From NCBI GenBank assembly GCA_029953675.1, contig JAMWBK010000006.1, positions 558,001 through 622,000 of the forward strand: DNA of 64,000 bases, given 5' to 3'. Origin of the DNA: Rhodosorus marinus CCMP1338 (Eukaryota > Plantae > Rhodophyta). Below are positions 49,601 to 60,739 of the stretch, piece by piece. How positions within the stretch are numbered: the stretch's first letter is position 1; every line of letters begins with the position of its first letter. A program made the position numbers and the translations under genes. The notes under the pieces were generated by a model that had not been told where the DNA came from, searched no databases, and saw only the letters and a list, made by a program, of their open reading frames with translations.

Positions 49601-52488
49601 TCATTCTCGAGATGAAGCACTCTGCCCGCAAGCTCCTCTTCTGCCGACCTCTTTCCATCAAGGATCTGCTCGTATTCTGCGATCGACTCCTCATCCTGTT
49701 TCAATCTCTCCTGCAGGTTCGCCACATTCTCCAGGAGTTCGGCACGATCGTCCTCAGCTTTTGCGACGTCGTTGGTGAGCTGTTCCAGTCTGTGCTCTCG
49801 TTCAGTCGCTAGTTTCCGCAATTCATCCGCTTCGCGTGTAGCCTCCTCAAGATCGATCGCAAGCGTACCCTTCTCGCCTTCGAGCTTGGCCATATCACTC
49901 TTAGAATCTGACAAGCTCTGTTCAAGAGCCGAGATATGCTTCTCGGTCTCAGCACTTTTCTCAGTGGACTCTGCTTTAGCTTCATCCTGCATCGTCTGAA
50001 GAGTGTCTTTTGTTACCCTCAGCTCCTCCTCCAGTGCGCTAACCTTCTGGTGCTTCTTGTGCAGCTTCTTGGCTGCGATTTTCGTTTCCTTAAGCTGAGA
50101 TGCAGTCTTGGTTTTCTCTTCCATTGTTTTCTTAAGATTTTCTTCCATTTCCTGCAATGAAGTTTTGTATTTTTGCAATTCCGCATCCTTCTCCTCCACT
50201 TGATCTTTCAAATTCGAAGCTGCGGTCGAAAGGTCGGCCACGCTTGCAGTGAGCATGGAAATCTTCTGTCCGCTGCTTTCTTTCGCCTGTTCCTCAGCTT
50301 CTTGGGACTGCTTTTGTAAGCTTCCGTACTCCGTTTTTAAACTTTCCAGCTCTGACTCCAGTCCATCGATTCTATCCTGTGCTTTCTTCTCCCTCTCCTT
50401 GAAACTATTCTCAAGCTCTCTCTGTTTCTCCTCGACGCGCTGTTTGTCTGCATCCCTCGCAGACTTCAGGACGCGATCCGCCTCCCCAAGTTTGCTCATC
50501 TCACTTCGTAGGTCCAAGATGGTAGCGTTCAGCATGGATAGTTCGATTTCATGGTCTTCTCGGCTCGCTTGCTGATTGCTCGCGTACTCCTTTTCAGCAT
50601 CCTCTAGTGCTGTCTCGGATATTTCAAGTTTGTGGTGCATATCAGCGATGCTACCGCTCTTATTCTCGACTTCTTTTTCAAGGCTCTTCACTCTCTCCAC
50701 CAAATCCTGTTTGTCGTCCTCCATGGTCAGCAACTTGTTGGTCACCTCGGCCAGCTCAGCCTCTAGCTTCTTAAAGTTTTCCCTTTCTTCCAAGGCAGCG
50801 GTTTCCGTAACAGGTAGACCACGCGCAGTTTCCAAGTCCTTGTCTGCCTGTTCTAGTCTTGCGCAGGTTGCCTTTAAGTCTGAAATGTTGGCTTCCATGA
50901 GTGATATCTCCATCTCATGGTCCTCCCGCATTTCGCGTTTGTTCTGGTCCAATGTTAGCATGAGTTCCTCCCGCGCGGAGTTCCCAGAAGCTAGCTCTTC
51001 CCGGAGGGATGTGATGCTGCTCTTGTAATCTTCTGCTTGCGACGTCGCCACTTCCAATTCTTTAGAGATCCGTTTCAAATCATCCGCGACGCCGGCATTC
51101 TCATCCTCGAAGGATGCAATCAATTCCCGGAGCTTGTCACACTCCATCGAAAGATTCTCCCGGTCCTTCAAGAGCGAGTTTCTCTCATTTTCCAGCTCGA
51201 CGTGGCGGCTATTAACGGTTTCGCTTGTTGACGGCCCCTCGGATACAGGCGGTACGTCTTCACCAACTGCGCCACTCCTTTCCAGTTCTTTTCTGAGCTT
51301 TTCGATTTCAGATTCCCTCGAGGAAAGTTGCTCGGACAGTCGGCTCAATTCCTCCCTCAAAAGGCTGATTTCGGATTCTTCAACTGCGGTCTTGCTGCCC
51401 TCAACGTCTGAATCATCACGCGCCGCACGCATTTCGGGAATTCCACTTTCAGAAGTAGGTTGCGGAAGTTGTTCCACTTGTTCGAGTTTTGCTTTGAGAG
51501 TCTCTATATCCGTTTCTTTGCGCAACATCTCACTATTGAGGGTGGATACTTCCTTCTCCAATGCAGCAACCTTTGTTCTTTCCTCGTCGACAGTCCACTC
51601 AGCGGACTTAGACAACCCCGAACCCTGCCTCAGCCTCTCATTCTCATCCTGAACCTCGGCGACCATGCTCTCCAGTCCACGCATCTTGGCTTCCGTCATT
51701 TCATCCGCGTCTACACGCAATTGCTCTATTCTTTGTTGTTCGTCTAGCTGAGCTCGAACTAGACGGAGCTCTGTTTCCAAATCTTCAACTCGATCGCCGT
51801 CTCCATAAGGTATCACGGAGGACAACGCCTTCGCAATTGAACCATTGTTGGTGGAATCTTGTCGCCCAGAATACTTCCGAAGGCTTTTCTCGGCATCCAC
51901 TAGTTTTGTACGCGCCATGTCTCGTTCATACTGCGTATCAGATAATTCTCTCTCGAGATCCCGAAGATCACCAAGCAAATCCTGTATTCTTGAAGTGTTC
52001 TCATCAAGCGATTCCCGTTCCGCATCGGCAGCATCATTGTCATCTTCCAGCTTGTCCCCTTGAAGATCCCGCACCTGGGACCGAGCTAGTGCAAGCGCGA
52101 CCTCAAGCGAATCCCTTTCCTCAATTACAGCCTCTCTATCTCTTAGGATGTCACCCAGAGTTTTCTCGAGATCGTCACGATCAGCGAGTGCGTTATTTCT
52201 GAACAATTGGAAGGCAAAGGGATACATACATTAACCGCGGTCACAGATCGTATAAAAATTTTAAACAGAGCGAGCATACCTCTCCGCCCATAGAGTTTCA
52301 ACATCTAACGTCATCCCACTCTCAGCAGTTTCTGAATCCTCAGAAAGCTGAAATGACCTTTTCGCATCGAGTGACTCCTCACCACGCGGGTAACGCTCCT
52401 CCCCTCCCTCCTCACTCGCTGCGTTGACAATTTTCGTCAAATTATCGCGTGCAGTCTCGGCCTGTTGTTTAAAAGAGCCCCACATCAT
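46606..52488 (-). CDS. Giant acidic coiled-coil protein (~1,940 aa), golgin-like; intron 52199-52279
   Basis: 1,873-codon E/L/K-rich heptad ORF joined in frame (..WAER/NNALADRDDLE..) to exon 52280-52488 starting MMWGSFKQQAE. No catalytic motifs. Confidence 0.85.
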
Positions 52489-54270
52489 ACACGAAAGAAG
52501 CCTATCCCCTGTCCACTCGGCGTGACGCTTCTATCAACTCAGTGTCACCGTCTTAAACACCAGTACAACCCAATGCTGAAAACAGGTCACCCGGAGCAGA
52601 GCTTTCGCAGCACACAATCTACAGATACAGCTGAATACAGTGAAGTCGACCCCTTAAATAATATTCCCATATTTCACAGACCCTCCAGAGAACTCTGTCA
52701 TCCAACCAGAGAAGAGCTCTTTCCAATACACACCTCAAGAAGTGCTCTTCACATTCAAAACAATCTCCTTGAAAACCTCAGAACCAATCCAAAACTCCTG
52801 GTATCCCCGTCAAGTACCCCCCCAAAAACCCAAGTCGTCACGGAAAGGGTAGACTTTTTCACCCTTCCGCAGAGAGGTAAACAGACCAACCTAGCGCTTA
52901 TCAACTAATGTCACCACCTTCAGCAGGCAGCAAGCCAGCCGGGAAGTCAAGCCATGCTCCTTTTACGAACAAAATGTGCAGTCCAAGCCAAGTGTCCAAA
53001 GTGTGGCCAATGTTCCCCTTGTAGTATTTTTGACTGTATTTTCATACAGCAAAAAAATTCACAAAAATTACGAAAGACCCGAATCCCTATTACCACACCA
53101 AAAAATCCCGGCTCACCAAACAATTCTAGGGTACAAGGGTGGGAGGATACTAGGGGGGAATGAGAAGCTTCCTATGCGTGTATATTTTTATTTTTACTAA
53201 AATTATCATATTATGTTGTTACTTTTTTGGCGATCACCCCCCTCCCATCCCTGTTCAACAGCAACGGATTTTTGCCACATCCCAAAATATGGAACACTGA
53301 ACCCTAGTTGCTAATGAGCATCCTTAAAAGCAGAATTTTTTGGACGCAGTGTGGTGAATGGAAGACGGAATCCGTGCCATAAATCTAGGAGCGCGAGGCG
53401 ATGGATTGAAAAGTTTCTATATTGATTGACGGTACACAGCTCTCTCAATTTCTCCGCCCATTTGCTGCTCTTGTAGATCAATAACAACTTCACATGCGAA
53501 GTCACTAAGGGTAAAATGGAGGACACTGCGTCGCACCAGAAAGAGAAGAGGCAGTGAAAAAGAAGTCGGCGGCAGATTTAAAGTACTACCCAAGGCGGAA
53601 AGAACTACACGGTGGCCAGACGAAATCGAACTAGCCGGCTGGACGTATCCAGCTCCCAGCATTATCGAAATTTTGTCGATGAGGGCCTCTCATATTGATC
53701 CTAAAGACCAAATAGAGCTCAAGCGAAGCAACCTGTCCCGTATCCAGGCCAGCGGACCTCCTCAACAAACCTGAAGCTTCCTTCCACTATAACTGCAGTC
53801 GGAATTTTAATCTGACGAAGATACCATGGTCATTACTGCCACTCTGTCACCATTGCACGCATCACCATCCACCCAAAGCGCAGTCCTTCGTTCCAAACTT
53901 TCCTCAAGGCTTGACCAGCGGACTAATCATAAAGTACTGCACTGTACTAAAATCGTGGCGACCAATTCCCATTCCCCCTTAATCATCTCCCCAAGTCAGT
54001 CAACACCATTCTTCAATCAAGATTCCTAGTTTTCATTAAAATCTGATTAATTCCCCGCGCGTACCAATCCACCTGAAAATAAGCCTTTTCTTGAAAACCT
54101 TCACACCAAATATTTACCTGGTATATTGTTAATTTCTGTGTCTAATAATCCATATATTACCTGATTCAACAAATAGACGTAATAATACGATAAAAAGATC
54201 AGAATATGCACTACCAGTATGAAATAGATTGCTTATCAGTCATTAACTCAGTCATTATTTTAATATGTCC

Positions 54271-54294
54271 TATGACGTCTTTTGGTCGACGGCC
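54271..54294 (+). promoter_or_regulatory. Candidate ribosomal-protein promoter module (TATGACGTC 54271-54279; TCGACGGCC 54286-54294)
   Basis: The same two 9-mers as upstream of RPL35; the TCGACGGCC copy starts 202 bp before the RPS14 ATG. Confidence 0.5.
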
Positions 54295-54487
54295 GCGACG
54301 AGGCCGGACCAGGCTTCGGGGCGAAAATGAGTTTTTTTTCATATTTTGGGGGGTTTGGGATTTGCGAGGAACGCAGGTCTTGGGTGATGGCATAGAGGGG
54401 AATGTGGCGTGGGAGGAGGGAGTCGGGGGCCGGGGGGAATTGGGTTGAGGGGTTGAGGCTTGTGTTGGAGAAAGTTCGTGTAACAAA

Positions 54488-55107
54488 ATGGTGAGTGGAC
54501 ATATCATGATGGAGATCTATGTAGCGTGAAATTTGCTCTGAGCATTTTCTTTGCTTCTTTGTTTGTTTCTTTGTTTCCCTGATAAGGGTCCTAAGCGTAA
54601 GGCTGCGAGGGAAGACGATGGCGAGCGCAAGCTCGGCCCAATTTTGAAGGATGGAGAGCAGTGCTTTGCTGTCGCACATATCTATGCTTCTTTCAATGAT
54701 ACCTTTGTGCATGTCACGGATCTTTCCGGGAAGGAAACCTTGATCCGTCGCACAGGTGGTATGGAGGTGAAGGCGGATCGTGATGAGTCGTCGCCGTATG
54801 CTGCCATGATTGCGTCCCAGAAGGTATGTCGCTATCAAGGTCCGGGAATTTTGACTTTGAATACGTGCTGAATCAGTTCTTCTCGATAAAGGTTGCGGAG
54901 AGGTTGAAGGAGCTCGGTGTTACCGCGATCCATATTAAGCTTAGGGCTACAGGAGGAAGCAGGTCAAGGACTCCTGGGCCTGGTGCACAGTCCGCGATGA
55001 GGGCGCTCTCCCGATCGGGTTTGAAGATTGGAAGAATCGAGGATGTGACCCCGATTCCTCATGATGGAACTCGTAGAAAGGCTGGTCGCCGTGGTAGGAG
55101 ATTGTGA
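54488..55107 (+). CDS. RPS14: 40S ribosomal protein S14 (uS11); exons 54488-54490, 54587-54823, 54892-55107
   Basis: [91 protein letters not shown]. Confidence 0.97.
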
Positions 55108-56143
55108 GCTGGTTCTTTGTTGTGTTCGCCAGCTTCTGAGCTTAAGAGTCGGGTTCAAGGTAGATTTTGCTGGGTGTGTGGATCACAGTATATGCGGTCG
55201 TCCGCGTCAGTCACGCTTGTATTAATCCTTGGCGCAGTTTAACTTGAAAATTATGCGCAAGAAGAGTAAAAAATCTGTTTAAGGAACGCACGCAGCATCA
55301 GAAAGTGCGTCGACACTAGCAAACCAAGCCCAACCCTCGGACACTGGGCGACTTGTGTTTGAGAGCAAGTCCGGTTTGACTATGAGAGCTTATGCAAAGG
55401 CTGTGCCTTTTAGGTGCGGCTAACAAGATTAAAGCTTACGTTACTTCCAGTCTGTGCCTTTGGGAGTACTTGAAAACGATATCAAAAGTGGAAGGGGTAG
55501 CTCGCAGATGATCAAATCAGTAGTCACTGGCATCGTTGCCAGGCGGCCGCGCAAGGCTCAGCGGGTCTGTGTCTGACGCTCACTCGCTTCCACAGTTCCT
55601 CTATTCCCGCGTCTATGGAGGGCATCTAAGGCAACCAAGCTGAATACTGAATACAAACAGTCACCACCAGTCCACGCGCTAGCCAGCTCACTGAGACTGA
55701 AGCGCGACTTGGGCTTCTGTGACGAGCACGACGTTATCGTGACATGAAAGCTCAGCTCGATCTAGCGAGGTAACAAATACCGTCGTCAGTGCCTCTTCTC
55801 TCTCGCTCTTCAACAAGCGCGGTGAGCCCGAGAATATTTGATACTGTCTCCGAAAACTCATGAAAAATTGATTGAACAGGCAGAGTATCATTCGCCATCA
55901 AAAATTCCAGTCGTTTGGCCAAGCGGCAGCCGCCATTTACGGGTTTTCGCGCTTTCGTCAAAATGCCGGCTTCCTGTTTGGGGATTTAGCTGTCGTGAAG
56001 TAGCTGCTGCGGACGGATTAGTGAGTGGTCGTTCGTTGGAGTTCTTTCAGCGGATATGGACAAAGCGTTTTAGCTGTTTTTGTCCTTGTTTTTGTTCATC
56101 TGCTTTATAGGGCTTCAGGGCTCTGGGCGTTGGAAAAACTGTC

Positions 56144-59080
56144 ATGGCTTTTCTAGTGAGCCAGCCGCTGCCAAACAGTCGGGCCAAGGAGCGGAGATGC
56201 GGCCGGGTGTTGGTGATGCGGGCAAACCCTCCTAAAGGATCAAGTACGTTCATTTATTTACCCTCACCTCGAGCTGGACAGACCGCTTGGTTTGGAGCCC
56301 TGCTCTAGTTCTGCTTAGCTGACGTTTGGACAACCTATTCGTGTTGGACAGAATCAAGAAGGAGGCAATGGCATGAGCGCCAGCTTGACCGGCAAATCGA
56401 GGGAAGAGAGAACGAAATCCCTTCAGATTACGACGTATTTAAGGATTCACCGCTTGACGGGAGCGATGACAAGGCGAGACAAAAATTCTATTATGTGCAA
56501 GCCCTGAGGGAGGAGAAGAAGGAGAATTTCCGGAGGTCAATTGCTCTACTTGAGAAATGTGTGGAGATCGATATTACCGATACATTCTCATGGATGGCAC
56601 TAGCGAGAGTAACAAAAGAGGTAGAGCCCCTTTCAGTGCCAGATGTGTTTGAGAAGGCCCTCGCAGCTTGCCCAGTCTCCGTTCATCTCCACCACGCCTA
56701 CGGAGTATACCTTGATAGGATCGGGAAAGCGAACGATGCCAGAAGCACGTTCGAGAAAGCGTACTCAATTGAGCCTGGAAATTGCTATGTCTGCCAGTCT
56801 TGGGGCCTGCTTGAGCAGCGTGCTGGCAATGCAGCACGTGCTCGCGAGTTGTTCCAAAAAGCTATTGCGGATAATCCAAACACGGACGTGTGCGTAGCGC
56901 TCGCAAAACTTGAGTCAGAAGAAGGTGACTTGGAGCAGTCTCGACAAAAGTTTGAGCTCGCCTTGTCTCTCGCCACGAACCCTGCAAAAGAATCTGATGC
57001 GTGTCGCGCGTGGGGGCAGGTGGAAGAAAAATTTGGAAATCTGGAAAGGGCGGAAAAGTTGCTGGTCAGGAGCTTCCGTGCCAGACCCAACGAGGAGACG
57101 ATCGTAGTTCTAGCAAAACTGAAGATGCGAAACGGCAACGCGCCTGGTTCGCTTCGCATGATTCGCTCCATCGAACGACCAAGAAAGCAATGGCCTTCTG
57201 TTGCCGCCATGAACGTATGGGCTTCTCTCGAGGCCAAGGCCGGTAATTTTGAAGATGCTCTTCGTGTAATCCGACTCGCTATCCATCGGTACGCCAATGA
57301 CTCTGGATTATATCTGACATGGGGAACCCTTGAGGACAAGCAAGGGAATATCGAGGGTGCGATTGAGCAGTACAAGAAGAGTATTGAAGTGAGGCCCAAC
57401 GGACCGGCATTCGTAGCACTAGCGGTTGCCGAAGTAAGTAATTTTTCTCGTCCTCAACAGCAGCGCTGGTGAGTAATTGACATGAGAATTTGTTCCATTC
57501 AGGAAAAGAGAGGCAACTTTGAGTATGCCCGAGAAGCTCTGGAGAAATCTCTCGAGGAGAATCCTCGACATGATTCAGCTTACAATGCACTTGGCCTACT
57601 TGAGATGGCGAGGGGTAACATAGATAGATCCCGCGAAGTTTTTGAGAAGGGCCTTGCAGAGTGCCCGACGTCTTCTGTGCTACATGGAGCTGCACTCCTC
57701 GACTTGCATGTTGGGGAGAAGGAAGCTGCAAGGGAAAAGCTGGAACGTGGGCTGCGGCTGACTAGGGAAGACACATCGTGGCTGTGGCACACCCTAGGAA
57801 TGCTTGAACTGCGTGCCGGTCAGGCTAGGAAGGCAAAGAAATTGTTTCAGGAGGCAATCAAAAGATATCCACAGAGCTCAGTGGTAGGTCAATCCCCCTT
57901 CGGATACTGGCTCTTTCAATTAGTTCGAAGTCGCTAATGAATTCGTTCTTGTGAATTTCAGTTGCTAGTTGGCTACGCCTTATCTGTCGCAGCGACGCTT
58001 CCCAAGGGCCCGGACCAAGACAAGGAAGTCCGAGCGTTATTTAGGAGCGCGGTCGAGGTGGATAAGTATCACCCGCAAGCGTGGCAATGCTGGGGCGTAT
58101 TTGAGTACCGACAAGGAGAAGTTGAACTGGCGACGAAGCTGTTCAAGGCGGGTTTGAGGTTCGCTCAACAGCATGCTGCGCTCTGGCAGGCGTGGGGTGT
58201 GCTTGAAACTGAGAAGGGTAACATATTCTCGGCAAGAAGTATTTTTGAAAGAGGGAACTCATTTTGTCCGAAGGATGTCCATCTACTACAAGCGTGGGCC
58301 TGCATGGAAGTGCGGGCCAGAAACATTCAGAGAGCCAGAGAGCTGCTTAGAAGCGCTCTTGCGGTTGATGACACTTCTGGTCCATGCTACAACGCGCTAG
58401 CTCTACTTGAATCGCGACATGGGGATATTGATGCTGCACGCCAAATCTTCTTGCGCGGGATTACGATGGCACCGCAGCATCCTCCACTGTACCGTACATA
58501 CGCTGAAGTAGAAGTAAGACAGCGCAACTATAGCAGAGCCCGGGAGCTCTTTGAGAAGGGACTTCAGATCGATCCGACCTATGCTCCGCTGCTGCACAAG
58601 TATGCCGAGCTAGAAGGTCTCCTCGGTAACCTTGAAGGGCTTAACAATCTTCAGAGGAAGATGTCCGCAATGTTCGAGGCGCAGCAAAGTGAGCCGGTGC
58701 TCGATGAAAATTCCTCACAGGCAATCTACATGAGGATGGAGGAGCCCAGCGGTGACTATGAGCCTGACACATTTATGGAGACGTCAATTGCTATAGAACA
58801 AAAGCGAGCAGCAGCTGAGGAGGAACTGAAGCGAAGCACTGTCGAGGAGTTTCGCAAGAACCCGTCCTCTCGATTACAAGAAGAGGACGATTCCGACCTG
58901 GATGACGACGGACTGGATGACGAGGACGATGAAGACGAGTATTACTACGTGTATGAAGACGATGATGATGATGATACTGACTGGGAGGAATCGGATGTTG
59001 AACTTGAGGAGATGACGCTAGAAAATCTCCCTCAGTTTGCAGACGACGATCCTGTAAAACCGTTGGAAGAGAATCTATAG
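56144..59080 (+). CDS. Plastid HAT (half-a-TPR) repeat protein, HCF107/Mbb1-like, with acidic tail; about 4 exons
   Basis: Transit MAFLVSQPLP..RRCGRVLVMRA; many repeats with W/Y-x-x-W-G/A-x-L-E (CQSWGLLEQ, YLTWGTLED, WQCWGVFEY, WQAWGVLET) and ARELF signatures; D/E-rich C-terminus. Confidence 0.85.
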
Positions 59081-59394
59081 GTGCTCCTTGCCGAGAAGTT
59101 CCGGCCAAGGATGCATCCGAAAGGGACGATCCGTTCCCCGGGAGAGTGGTGAGTGGTGCTTGTTGAATTAGCAGAGTAAGCTGCAATGCTGAACACGAGC
59201 TTGATCTCCCTTTTGCTGTTTAAAGTTGAACCGAAAAGTCTTGATAAGGGTACAGTCTCTAGATTCCAAAACTGTAATAGTTGCTGGCTCCCGGCGGAGC
59301 CTTAGTCTTTTGCAGCCATTCATTCTTCAGTCCCAAAGACTTTTGGGGTAGTCTTCATCCATTCTCACCCGTCGCCAGGACTTCTGAGTTGTTT

Positions 59395-59941
59395 TCATTC
59401 ATCAGCTTCGTATTGCCCCTGCGTCAGAAGAATGTCACTCACGGGTTAATCCAGCGGACGAGTTCGATGCGGATCATCAAACCTGCTGTTCTGACTTTAC
59501 CTTTTTGATTGCAGCATAGTAGAAAAACAAAAACCCAGGTGCGCTCAACGCGAGTATTCCAACGGTGATGGGCGTTCCGTACTGAGGGTGGCCCTGCGTC
59601 AAAAGCAAAAAGAGGCGTTCAGAATGAGCCACACAAACATGAAGCTCATTGCAGCCGCAGGACTTTTTCTTCTCCTTCCTCACCGAAGACAGTTCAAAAA
59701 TACAGCCGATTGTCGCAATCGCGAGGATTGACGACAAGCCGAGCAGCGCAGAGCTTGGCAAATTCACTGGCGGAGGCGAACCTCCAGTGTTCATCGAAAA
59801 CGAGCGAGCCCCGACTACGATCCTGCTCCTCGCGCTCCTTCCAAGCGCCAGCCCACCCCCGACTCCAGATCCAATCCCCGCAGAACATGACCTGCTGCTT
59901 CTCAGGGAAGGATAGAAACCACTCGCTACAAAACAGGCCAT
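59395..59941 (-). CDS. Small plastid two-TM membrane protein, 3 exons
   Basis: Transit MACFVASGFYPSLRSSRS..RSARSRIVVGARSFSM, then ALLGLSSILAIATIGCIFELSS/GHPQYG..ILALSAPGFLFFYYAAIKK/GQYEADE*. Confidence 0.65.
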
Positions 59942-60739
59942 GGTTGAAAAAACTCGAAAACAGAGGGAAAAAATAACCAAGCAAGATTCGTTCTTATCAC
60001 TATCGACCTGGTCACCAACCCCAAAAGTCAACCATGCAGCTCCCGCTGCCGCCCATCCCACCTGGTAAACGGCACGCCTTAACATGGTCAACGACCAGAC
60101 ACTCATGGATTCAGTGGTATCCATCGATCCACAAGATCTCGACAAAGAACCGATCGAAAATTTACCAAAATTCAATAAATCCTGTACCTCAGGGTGGGGG
60201 CTCTTTTGGCAACTTATGGTCCTTGTCTATCGACCGAAGCAGATGGTTTTAGGAGGATCATATCGAAGTTCAAAGATAGCTGAGCTGCCCTTGTCCTTGT
60301 TTGCCGATTAGTTCACTACCATGAACGCCAGTGGAAGAAGCTGGAATATTGCGATAGAGTTAAAAACAGGTTTGAGGAAGAATTTGTCCTCAATGGGGAG
60401 TGGGACTGCTGCAGTGTACTTCATTGCCCGTCGAGTGGAGCTTCGAACTTTCTGCCTTCACCACAGTCATCCTATAAGTGAACGGGATTTGATCCCATGA
60501 ACCACCGCTCATGGCTTAGTTGAATGCACGTGATTCCTGAGGTGGTTGATCTTGTCTCGTACAACCTCGTAACTGATCTGCACGTGTACCGGTGAAAATT
60601 TAGACTCCGGGGGCCGCTTACTACTGTTCCTGTAGCTTACATTAAGGTAAAATAAGCTTTTAAATATATCGAGCGTACTTGACAAGTGCCTTCTAAAACA
60701 GGTGGTCAAGGTCTCCTAAGTGGTAACCAATACGATTCA

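Noticed and set aside
47074-52202. Many S/L/F-rich plus-strand ORFs
   Set aside because: Antisense shadows of the E/K/L-rich coiled-coil gene.
53311-54000. Probable small minus-strand gene sharing the RPS14 promoter (similar fragments at 3285-3690, 7000-7600, 37000-37950, 41870-42760 and 60084-60480)
   Set aside because: Protein-like fragments and splice signals exist, but strand and frame could not be resolved, so they are not reported as features.
55688-55961. Short minus-strand peptide MANDTLPVQSIFHEFSETVSNIL resembling a Ska1 N-terminus
   Set aside because: Similarity is only impressionistic and no consistent multi-exon model could be built.
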